From Diadema antillarum (taxonomy: Eukaryota): a stretch of DNA of 64,000 nt. The translations under genes and the position numbers were made by a program. Under the pieces are notes generated by a model. It had not been told where the DNA came from. It worked only from the letters and a program-made list of their open reading frames with translations, and made no database searches. Below are positions 37,574 to 49,300 of this stretch, piece by piece (within the stretch, counting starts at the first letter, position 1; each line of letters begins with the position of its first letter). Location: contig NW_027271517.1 in assembly GCF_040938485.1 (NCBI RefSeq), forward strand, positions 248,001 through 312,000, read 5' to 3'.

Positions 37574-38186
37574 GCCACATTGCTCTCTCGCCTCCTTTAA
37601 ACATCTAGTATTGTTTCAAAAATAAAGAAGATGTTTGTGCCTTCTTTCAATCAACTTTTAGTCCTCAGTTACAGGAGCTAATGTTCCTGAATGATTCATA
37701 AACTGTGATTCCTTTTTGTGACAATTTCACTTTGTTTGTCCAATGAAACCACCTACCAGTATCAGAAAACTTGTAGCACAGTGAATACAAATAACATTTT
37801 AGAACTTGTGTATTACTTGAACTTCTTATGTATACACCTTCAATGTATTCTTCAAATCATGCATCCAGACAATTTGAAATATCATAGAATGGCAGCATTA
37901 GTTCAAGAAAGCTACACAAAATAAAGATGACATACCCGTAGTCCCAAAGATGTGGCATTAGTGTTGCTGTGATGACAAACAGAAGCACTGGCTGCTTGAA
38001 TACGATATCTGATCCTTTAAATCACTTTTTACCATGGCAATTATTTATCTATGGGTTTGTGCATCCAGAGGTGAATTGAAAATTAGACATTTGATGTATA
38101 GAGTCACTGTTTAATTTCTTCTTTTTTTTTTGGGGGGGGGGGGAAGACACTAGAGTCATCCATGGATACGTTATGACAGTGCTCAT

Positions 38187-38279
38187 TTAACCCGCTACAG
38201 ACCAGTCCCGAGTATACTCGGGCAGATATCTATGGGAAAATTGTGATATGGCAAAATAAGCTTGTCCACAATGGGTTGA
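38187..38279. mobile_element. Very short piggyBac-like palindromic element (copy 2)
   Basis: ttaa|ccc ... ggg|ttga, with perfect palindrome cccgagtatactcggg at 38207-38222. Confidence 0.45.
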
Positions 38280-39054
38280 GCCTATCATTTTGATATATCA
38301 CCACACACTCCCACATTAACACTCAATAGACAATATTTTGAATGGACAATACAGTACATGAATAAAATCACACAAATATTAAATTTCTTGCAGTAAGAAC
38401 AAAAAGAACACATGAAAGAAAAAAAAAGGAAAAAATATATCTCATCAATAAGGAAAATATCTTGACAAACATTACACTCATATAAAGTTAACTCTAAATT
38501 TGTGCTCACTGCAGTGCAGACTGAATATGTTCAAGCAAATTTGTGGATATAAGACTCTACAGAAGGCACACCTCTGGAACTTCCGACAATAAATGGGGCA
38601 ATATTTCTGGAGCTGTTTCTTCAGTTTTCCTTGGGGCAGAGAACACACAGCTGCCTTGAGTATAGTCCTCTTATCCACACTGGCCCTGGGTTCTAATGGG
38701 AAGATCAAACATATCGGCAAAACTTGGTTAGATTCAATATATCTCCAGACTAATATAGTAATATAAATTGACTTTAGGTACTACCTCTGTTTTACTGGTA
38801 AAGTGGGAGAAACAAGTAAGAATACTTAGTAACAAGATTTTTCACAACTTTCGCTCTTCTTTTCGCTTGTGGAATTTTGCATACGAAATAGAATATCTTA
38901 TATGTAGGTGTTTTACTGACTCATATGAGCTGATTAAAAGTATCTGTCATGTTTACATATCTCTTTTCTGTGTCTTTGACACTGACTGTACTTTATATGT
39001 TCACTCAAGACATGATCAGTTTGAATCAATACCAGCTCACTCAAGAAGCTCTAG

Positions 39055-39209
39055 CAGTGGCGGATCCAGAGGGGAGCGCACCAGGCGTGCGCCCCCTCTT
39101 TATTTTTTTGTTAAAACAAAATAAAGAAAAAAGAAAAAGGGGGGTGTGCGGCACCCCTTCAACTTTGTAAAGGCACCTCCCCTTTATGGAATTCCTGGAG
39201 CTGCCCCTG
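39055..39209. mobile_element. Small CAG...CTG MITE
   Basis: Ends cagtggcggatccag ... ctggagctgcccctg, flanked on both sides by tctag. A related fragment lies at ~58562-58615. Confidence 0.55.
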
Positions 39210-39549
39210 TCTAGAGATGTAAACATATTGTATTCTATGCATCTTTAGAATAAGAACAAAACAAAACAAAACAAAACATATAATCTGTATAATTGATGAA
39301 ACCATCAAAGGACAAGTTAATCTGCGGGGAGGAGATGTGCACAGCAAGTTTGAACTTTGACCTCACCCTTCCCTTCTTCTATCAAACGCTTTGCCAGCAG
39401 GGAAACAAAGCGGACAGCTTTCTGGTGCCTTGACATCGCTGCAGTGACGTCTTCACAAGGTCCATGAGAGTCACAGTGTCATATCTGCAAAGCTTCATAA
39501 TGTGAATATACTGTATGCTGAGCCATCCTGTACCTGAATAAAAAAAAAG

Positions 39550-39654
39550 ACAATAATAATAGCAACACAAATAACAATAATAATAATCACAACAACAATA
39601 ATAATAACAATAATAATTTAGAATAACAACAATAATAATAATCATCATCATAAC

Positions 39655-39688
<34 letters not shown>

Positions 39689-39705
39689 TAATAATAATAA
39701 TAATT
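39550..39705. repeat. (AAT/AAC)n microsatellite
   Basis: Direct reading. Confidence 0.9.
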
Positions 39706-41519
39706 TCCAATGAATCATCTTCAGCTTTTGACAATTAATCAGCTGATTATGGTTAAGATATAAACAGTAAATAAGCAGCAAAACAAAACAAAAAATTCAA
39801 AATAAAAAGTTGCAGCTAGGGGTCACTAATAATGTTACATGAGCTAAAAGTAAAACACTTTTCTGTTTCTAATCTACAATTCTGCAAGAATTTATATGAT
39901 CTTGGTGCTGATGAGGGAAAGCTTTTATAATTCTCTATTTTTCAAGTTCTTAACTCAACAAAATTATGACAGTGTTGTATGCCCTCTAATTTTACAATTC
40001 GGTATCTCACCATGAATTTGTGAAATATATAAATGACAAAGAATACAGATGGTTAAAAATATGAGGAATATGCATAGTACTGAATATAACACATGATACT
40101 GATCATGAATAACAGGAAACAGCTCAAAAACATATGAAATCACTGAAAGTAAAACAAAGCACAGAAGCTAGATATTTCTTTTCAAAAGCATTATTTCACA
40201 AGTTCTAATGTGGTCAGATATACCTACTCACTGCTACAGATTCTACATGTTATTGAATGATGATCTGATGGGTAGTTACATTTATGCTATATTTGCTCTA
40301 TCCTGTTACTCCCATTTTCAGTGTAAAATGAAATTCAAAATAATGGGTTTATATAGACATCAGAATCAAACCACTGCATGGAACTGAATCTAAATCAATT
40401 ACCAGGTACCTGAATCTAAATCACCCACAATTAGACTCTACCCAAAATATCATTGCATCTTCTTCCTGGGAGTCACGATTCATCATGTATTAGGATAATA
40501 TAATCATTGTGTCATTGCACACTTTCATACTCAAAGTTGTTTAATGATCACAACTTCCACAATGTATACACTCAATCAATAGGGTCTACAGAAAATCCAA
40601 AAAGCAGGAAAACAATGTGCACCAGTATAGAACCTTAGTCACATATTGCATAATATATGGTAGCATTTATAGGGCAAACGTTCCACCTCCCTGGTCGATC
40701 ATGCTAGCATGAAAACTATTTTAGAGCTACCAGTATACAGTACTAGATTTCTATTTGGTAGCTGTTCAAATTCAATTTCATCAACTGGTACACAATTACA
40801 GGAGTTGCATTACTGCATTACTAAGGAGTTCAGACAAAATACCCAAATAGACAAATATTACAACACAAAGAATTTATGTCCCATGCCACATTACAGCATT
40901 TGTGTTTGTGTGGAGTAAATTTACTAGTACTTGACTGCCCTATTTTGTCTGCATTCATCCAATCTGAACTTTAGCTCTTAGAGCTCAGATAATCTACCAA
41001 ACAGAACAAAGCTAACCAATAATAAGGCAGGTGCCTTTATGAAGAAGCTACCATAAAAAGCCAGTATTTAAAATTTAAAGGTCAGTTGGTCCTTTTATTT
41101 TCTTGCTCACATGCTAAGCTCTGGCCCCAGGTTTGAGTCTGATGGTTCCAAAATGTTGAAAACACGAAGATTTAAGGCCAACACTGGTAGATAACATGGA
41201 GAATACAGAGCTGCATTGATTCTGAATACAGAAACATTGTCACTTGGAGAAGAATAATATGGGAATTCCCAATAAAATGTACAGCTAGCAGCTGTAGCTC
41301 TTATCACCACAGGCTTTGACACTGCTTTTCATGATGCGGTATTGGAGTTGGTTGGAGGTCAGCCTGAGAATTAGCTTTATTTCAGTCTCCTTCTTTATTT
41401 TCATATCGATATCAGCAACTTAAAATAAATTATCAACAAGAAAATCTTGATTATGTCTAATACGTGACTCTAGCATGGTGAATCAACATTTTACAAGGAG
41501 AGTTGAGTTGGGTATTGCT

Positions 41520-42130
41520 GGATTTACGGTACTTGACGCTGTTTTCTTGTGAAATGATCGAGAAAAACAGCGGAGATGAGGCTAAGTTTTAACAACGTGA
41601 AATGCATTGTGGGTAACATTGCGTGTATGTAGCGAGCGATCTTGTAGAATCTACAACACACACCGTGCACTAAAACAGAACTGTGTGCCTTTCTGTACAT
41701 TGGTTCAATCATCTTGTCGCGAAAGATCACCTTATCGGAGCTGAACGTTCCTGCGAGACAGGCAGAAGAACAAACGCTGTGATGTGTCCGGTCTTCAAGG
41801 AACGCAACTAGGTCTAAAAAGACCAGTTGTCTACTCCAGTATGTCGGAAAAATGGCAGTGACAAACGAACTTGACGTCGAGCCGGAGAGGTAGAAGATTC
41901 ATTAGCGCAAGATTGCACCTAACGTGCATTTCTGATGCCCGGCGGAGGGGCATTTCACCGCCGTCGGTCGAAACCAGGTTCAACAACTTTTCGGCCAGGA
42001 CCTAGACAGAGGAGTGAGGGTGAGTGAGGTTGTTGGTACATTCCTCGCTCGAACTACAGAGCTCCCAAAGCGTCTGCTGCAACGGGCATTTTGTCTCGAA
42101 GCTAGATCTCAGCTCGGCTCACAGGTCTGA
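41520..42130. promoter_or_regulatory. Probable bidirectional, CpG-enriched promoter between the unnamed gene (-) and SETD1 (+)
   Basis: CG dinucleotides are visibly enriched relative to the flanks. Candidate first-exon donors point outward on both strands (+: gagg|gtgagt at 42020; -: cc|gtaaat near 41528). The genes are divergent. Confidence 0.6.
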
Positions 42131-43349
42131 GCTAGGCTCTTTTTTCCAAGTGGAGCTAATGTTGGGTGAGTAAATTTAGGAACTCATAAAGTTCAAACAT
42201 AATTTCACAAACCAGTGGTAGTGCAAAGATGAATTTGTTACAAATGTTAGAGTGAGAATACTGAGAGAGGTTTAACTGCTAAGATGTTTATCTCCATCAG
42301 CCATGTTCTCATTCATAAGAAGGACTTAATAGAACTGAAACTGAAACATTTTACTTGGGTTCTCCAGTAACAACAACATTTTTGTGTCATTCACTGCAGT
42401 AGCACAGTTGTACATCAATGATCGACACTACACAGGATAAACGACACAATAATGACAGGTGACTCTATTGATGTTTTCATACCAAATGGATAAAATTGTA
42501 ATTTACATGTGCCACGTTTGACTCCCATGAGGTACAAGAAGGAAAATACAATTTAAGTTGTGTGTTGGGTGTCAAACCACTTTGTTGGAGTGTTGGTTTG
42601 AGTCCAGCAGGACTTTGTGTGATTTTTTCATAATTATTTATTTTTTATTTTTAATCCTCAACTAACATGATCAAGCAAATGTGTGATACAGATATACCAT
42701 AATCTAGAGGATACCTGATGCTTTTAACGTTAAGTATTGTGCACAGAAAAGTTTTGGAGCTTTGATCTTACAAATTGCAAAAGCTCAACTTGGATAAGGC
42801 TCTGACACTGGCAATGCATAGAAGTTGTAAGACCTTGAGCAACTACTCTAAATTTAAATGACATGTTTGCAAACTCACACTTATTTGGTAACATTCGAAA
42901 GAGCTCTGCATTGTTGTGCAATTCAGGTAGACATGACAGCACCAACATCCTCATTGAAAACACCTTGAGCATCCATGAGCAAAGTCCATTTCAGAATAAA
43001 CAGCTTTACCACGACTCTCTCAGTTTCATTTGAGAGAATTCTCTCACATTATCAGTTTCTCAAGTTGTCATGCACATTCTCACTGAGGTACCTAGTCTGT
43101 ATTCTTTTTGATTCTTGATACTTGATGAGGTATCCCTTTGGTAGCTTACTCAGGAAGCTATAGATCTACTGCTGGGATGATAGGTAGACAAAGCTATCAG
43201 GAGTATCACTAAATGCAGAAATGGCGGTGAGCAGGACAGTAAATATGCGATGTCAAGCGCGAGTTAAAGCAATATTTTCACTCTCATGCCCTCTCTGTAT
43301 TTTTATGTATACCCCTCTATCCTTTGCAAACTCCAGACTCGAAGCAAAC

Positions 43350-46300
43350 ATGAATGGGATGACATCGGGAGGCGCCAGCCAGGCTGGCAAAAAGTGCACA
43401 AGCTACAAGCTCCTGTCTGACCCAGCCATCAAGAAGGGCCAGCCGCAGAAGCTCTACAGATACGATGGTGTTGTTCCAGGGCCAATGGTAAGAGCTATCC
43501 CCAACAGTTTGGACTGGGTCTTTCTAGTGTAACACTGAAGAGTATTACATGCAGACCTGTGTGTATGTCTGTGCAAAATAAGCATGTAACAAATTTTTAC
43601 ATATGTGGGACTGGAGAGATTTGTCCCAGTATCAGAAGTACCCGTTGTCAATCACGGAATGGCAGAACAGTTTCTGGATATTACACACACAAAATGCTTA
43701 TGGCTTTGCACAATGAATGAACTGAATTTGACAGACATCAAAACACTATAGGCCCTATGTGTGTAGTTTTATATGGCATGCAGCAGAGGCAATACTTTAC
43801 ATGTTTGTTTTGTTTGGTGGCTTTTTTGTTGTTGTTGCAATTCTTAGCTTTGTTTATAGTTGGTTCTGTATAAATATGATAATCATGGTAATTATATGTA
43901 TAGTAATATCAAAGATCACTGCAGAAGACTTTGCACAATAGAGTACCAGTTAATGGGGTACTGCAATTAAATGAGTGTAATGGAATTTTTCACCTCTTAC
44001 AATGGAATGCCTGATGTGCTCTTCACATATTATGCAATAGGCAGAGATTCCTATATCATCATTATATAGCTGTTGTTTGACATCTACTACATCATATGTG
44101 TATTCATGTTGTAATCAGTAAACAAAGGATAACAAAAGCTGTACCAGTATTGTAATGGAATTATTCGATTGATTGTCTGTTTGTTTTTGTAGGGAGCACA
44201 GCTTTCCGTCAAGATAGTCAAGGATCCGCGGTCAAGACTGACCAGACTATGGAAACACACAGAGGTGGCAGACTTGCCCGTTCCCAAATTAAAGGTTTGT
44301 ATTCCTAAACCTTCTCTGCATATATTGCAGGACTAATTTCCCAAACTGCTTCATATTTGTCAGCAGAGCCTAAATGTTTTGTTTACATCAAAACTTTCCC
44401 AGAGTGTTTCATTGTTTGTTTGTTTGTTTGAATGTTCATTTTGTTTTGTTTTTCCTTTGAGTTCTCCATAGTGCATTGTTGAAGCCCAGGGATATTTCGT
44501 GGGAGAAAACAGATACTGGAAAACTCTTCAATGTGGTTGAAATTCCAGTCCCAAGAAGTTATTCATGTGTGAGCATTGCTTGTTCATACGTTAGTGACTG
44601 TAGTCTTTCATATGGTCTGGAATTGAAGGCTAGTGTTGTAATGCTTTTGTAATTGCCAAAAGCTCTGCTCATCCCTTTTAAAGCAGATGTCCAGTATTAT
44701 ATTTAGAAAGGAAAAACGTAAATGAAGAGTTTAATCATAATGATAGCTGTGTCTTCTCTCGTTTAGGAAAATTACTTGTCAAATAGGTATGGTACTGGTA
44801 GTTTTTTGTCCCTTTAATTTAAATGATTTCAAAATAAGAGAGTGATGTTTTTATCTAGTATTCCACAGCCATAATGCTTGCAGTAGATGCAGCCAAACAT
44901 CTCATTTTCTTGGCAACACTTTTGCACCCTTTCAACCCCACACAGTTTGACAAATACTACGTCGGGGAGCTGCCGCCAAAGCAGATAACCTTCACCAACC
45001 TGAACGACAATGTGCGGGAGTCCTTCCTGCGCAACATGTGCGAAAAGTACGGCAAGGTGGAAGACAGCATCATACATCGCCACCCGAAGACGGGAAAACA
45101 CCTGGGACTTGCCACCGTCGTCTACACCAGCACAAGGGCGGCAAAGCAGGCTGCCCTGGACATGAACCGCACATCAGTAATGGGAAAGATCATCATTGTC
45201 CAGATCGATGCCGGAGGTATGTTTAGATCACATGAGGGCTGCCACTTTTAGGATGTTGTGAGAAACATCAAAATATGAGTGAGGATGTAGTACATTTAGG
45301 GCCATATACATTACCAGTGACATTAACACAAATTTCTGGTGTTGCAAAAAATTGAGGATATTATTGATATAGACATGAAAACATTGATTTAGTTGTTGGA
45401 ATTTAGTAGCAGAGAATCATGCAACTTTTTATTCTCTAAATATTTGATGCTTTGCATCCTAATCTGAATCTTGAGGTGAGTACTATGCCACTTATACTTT
45501 TACAAGTTTTCATGGTTTACGAACATGCACAGGACCCTAAATGTACCTCATCCTTACTCATATTCCGATGTTTTTCACAACAAGAACATTCTAAAAAGTG
45601 GAAGCCCTCTTGCATAGTTGTGTCATGGAAAAAATCAAATGCTAATGCTGCTGTCAAGTCAGTAGATGTTACAATGATTAGCAGCAGCTGAAACAAACCA
45701 ACGTCTTGCATCTCCAACAGACCTGTATCAATAACAATAATCATAGTGTTGGCCAAAGAAGTGTATCACATAATTTTATATGGAAAATTGTATTTCAAGA
45801 TAGTGGAAGCATTGAGGAAGCCTGTGCAACTTTTTAAAACAATTTTGATTGTGCAACATCGTGGTTATAAAATCTAACATTTCTACAATGTAAGTCGCAA
45901 TTTTGAACTGAAAAAAAAAGATACACAGATCCAAGTGTATGCTTAGATGGGACTACATTTAGAATGATCGGTCGCGTTGTCAGTTCTACTGTTAAAGATC
46001 AAAGTAGGTGACTTTTTTATAAACCATTTTTGCAGCTCCATTTCCTGGATTGTAACATCATAGAAATTACCTAGTTCATGCACCAGAGCTTCAATCGAGC
46101 ATGTCTGTAGCAAATCTGATGTTTTTTGCTTCATCCAAAAGGAGATATTTGTTTATATATCTGGAATTTGTTTCAATAAAATGAAAGAAAACTCCGGTCC
46201 TGAGGACCAATGTCAGGAGTCACCTTTAGCCTCTTTTGATGAGATTGGTAGATATCAACCCTTTTTAGAATGAGACACCTTTTCTTTGAAATGGTTCTAC

Positions 46301-49300
46301 ATTAGTTTTCTCTCTTTTCTGTCTACTGCCTGTGTTCACGCCAGGGGCTGAATGCCAGCGCATCTACGACTGTCTGGTCAACAACAAGGCAAATACACCA
46401 AGCAGTATTGGTTCCACGCCACGAGATCCACGCAATGGAACTTCAACTCCTGCTCCGGACACGCCCCGCATTCATCACGACCCAAGGCGACTGTCGACCG
46501 AACGGACGAGCTTGACCATTGGAGACAGCACACCTGCGTCCATCTCTTCATCACGGTCCGGTTATGGGCAGCCCGAAGCCCGGACAAGCTTGACCATTGG
46601 AGACAGCACACCTACGTCCATCTCTTCATCACGGTCTGGTTATGGGCAGCCCGAAGCCCAGAGCTCTTTTCCCGCCTTTGCTGAACACCCCATGACACAG
46701 TTTCAAGGAACTGACCCTTCTGCTAATCAGTATCAAGTCCCTGAACACAGTAATCCAGACATGCTGTCAAGTAGTGTGAATTCGATGCATATGCAAGGGT
46801 ATGAACACCTCAGTAATGTGTACGGAGGGCAGGCACCTGGATACCCCGTGCAGAGTGTTGAAAGTGTAGAGACCCCTCAGGTAAACGTGACGGAGGCATA
46901 CGCGACAGAGGTGTACGCGCAATCCCAGACCCCAATTTCTGAAGGGTTCGCTGTACCCCAAACTCCCAATGTTCCCCAAACGCCCATTGCGCCTGAACCA
47001 CAGGCTGTGTTTGGACACCAACAGCCAAATATTGCTGGACCACAGGACTTTGTGAATGCAGCTGACATGCCTACAGGAGCTGGCTACCAGAATAGCCAAC
47101 CCTATGACGGCCAGGGATTCATGCCTCAGGATCATGCATTCCACGGTCAAGTGGAGAACGTTAACATGTACCCCACGCACGATCAAAGTTTCACGCCGTC
47201 GGCAGGAGAGCCACAAATATTTTCAAAGGCAGACCATCAGCAGCATCAAGGTCACAGCTCCAAGAAGCAGGGCTACGACAGCCGGGGCGAAGCGTATCAT
47301 TCTCAGGCAGAGGACCGCCAAGCATTTGCGGGTCGTTCCTCCCAGTCGTATTCTGGGAAAGGTCAGAGACATTTCAACCAGTCTGGTTCAAAGAAAAATG
47401 ATGATGACAGGGGCAGGTCGAGACATGATTACCATGACGATAGAAACAGGAAGTGGGATAGGAAAGATAGGCAGGACTACCGAGCGAGTAAGGGACATTC
47501 AAGGAGTAGATACAGGAGCCAAGATTACAGTGATGATGACAGCCAGGATGGAAGTGGTTATCGTCATAAAGACTCCCACCGATACGCGCATGGCTCCGAC
47601 CACTACAGGTCTAAAGATTTTGGCCGTGGCCCCAAACGCTCTGATGACTCTTACCAACGCAGACACCGCCGTGGGTATGATGATGATAATGACGAGCGAA
47701 GGGATAGTCGCAGTCATGGTTATTCATCAAAATCAAAAGACTGGGATAAGAGATCTCACTCAAGGTCACATAGAGATTACCACAGAGACAAGTCAAAGTC
47801 GAGAGACCGTGAGCAGGAGGACACGGATTATCACTTTGACAAGTGGCAATGTCCTACTGAAGGGCCTCTCTCAGCGAAAGTCAAGGAGGAATCAACAGAG
47901 TTTGAAAAATGGCGGTGTCCTGGTGGGGACCAACCGCTAAATTCTGAACCTTCGGTGGAACCAGTGAAACGTGAACTGTGGCCTAGCACCACCGCCGAAG
48001 AGCATCGTCAAGAGTCACCCGAGGACCCATTGCCATATGAGCAATGGCAGTGTCCGCCCGGTGAGGAGCCACCCCCAGGAACCATGCCCTTGGTGCTGCC
48101 CGGCCAGCCGTTCCCACCAGGTACCCAGGAGGGCAGGGGCAAGGAAGATCTTCCGTCTGCAGAGTCTGCAGAGGAAACGGACGAGTGTGGTCAGAGTCTT
48201 GATACCAGAATTGAAAAGCTCCTCAAAAGCTCTCAGGGTCCCATGGCTGGGTTTGCTGGGTTTGGACTCGAGGATTCTGGCAATGCAGGCAAAAATAACA
48301 GTACTACGGACAAAACTTTGCTGCCGCCTGGCACGGAAGAGGCTGCATTCGCTAAGAGCGAGATACCAGTGGCAACGGTTACTCCTGCACCTCAGCCTGT
48401 TTATACCAATGCAGAGGCGTCCTGGAGTGGGTTCAGACCCGAGCACCACGACAGGTTAGACCAGAGGGATCATCAGTGGTCCTCCCCACATGTGTCCCAC
48501 ACTCCGCACATAGACTCTATCACCCATCCCCGTGTGGACATGCTCACGGCGGGTCCAGTCAATAGTGAACCTTACCCTCCCCTGCCTAGACACGCGGCGA
48601 CTCCTCCGAGTGTGCAGGCGGGATCATCCACGCCTTCCCTTGAGCAGAAAACGCCGCAGGGCGTAGAACTGTTGATCAGTAAACAACTAGCAAATCTGCG
48701 GAGTTACGATCAACAAATTGCCAGTCGAGGAACATCACCAGTCTCGGACCTGAGAGACCGAAGTCAGACATCCACACCAGGGATTGATGAACATCACGGC
48801 ATGCATCGGGTAAGACACTCAGTTCTTTCGGAATTCAAGTTACGAATGAAGTGTGCACAGTTCAACTTGCATTAGTCACTTTCTTGAAATTAGCTTGATA
48901 TAAACGTGGACTTCAACAAAACTTTGCAATGCAAAAGTGGAATGTTTATTGGGCACGCAGTGGGAGCTTTTACTGAACTTCAAAGAAGAAGACAGTGATC
49001 TGTGCATTGTGTTGAAGTAAAAGTGATGGACAGTTTGGCTGTATGTATTATTTAGCTGTGGTTTTATCCTCTTATTAAATGCAAGACTCGATATAATAAA
49101 CAAAGTGGCTAGTGCAAATGTTGACTTAGGGGCTTGCTTTGGACGAGCATGTTGTGTAATGCTGTAAGTTTGGGTGGTGAAGGGAACGACAACCTCGTGC
49201 TCATGACATCAGTTTGGTTGTCAGCTAAAACAAAGAAAAAGCGAACAATAGGAGGTTGTTCTTAACACTGTTTCCAAAAATAGCTTCCATCTCCTTAACT

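Noticed and set aside
43221-43349. N-terminal extension of SETD1 suggested by the ORF track
   Set aside because: It lies upstream of a clear acceptor (ctccag| at 43336), so it is intronic. The ATG at 43350 aligns with the conserved N-terminus.
46352-48459. Multiple long alternative-frame and antisense ORFs over large exons (also 21188-22179, 51024-51923, 55596-57081)
   Set aside because: These are shadows of GC-rich, low-complexity true coding frames with no independent splice or homology support.
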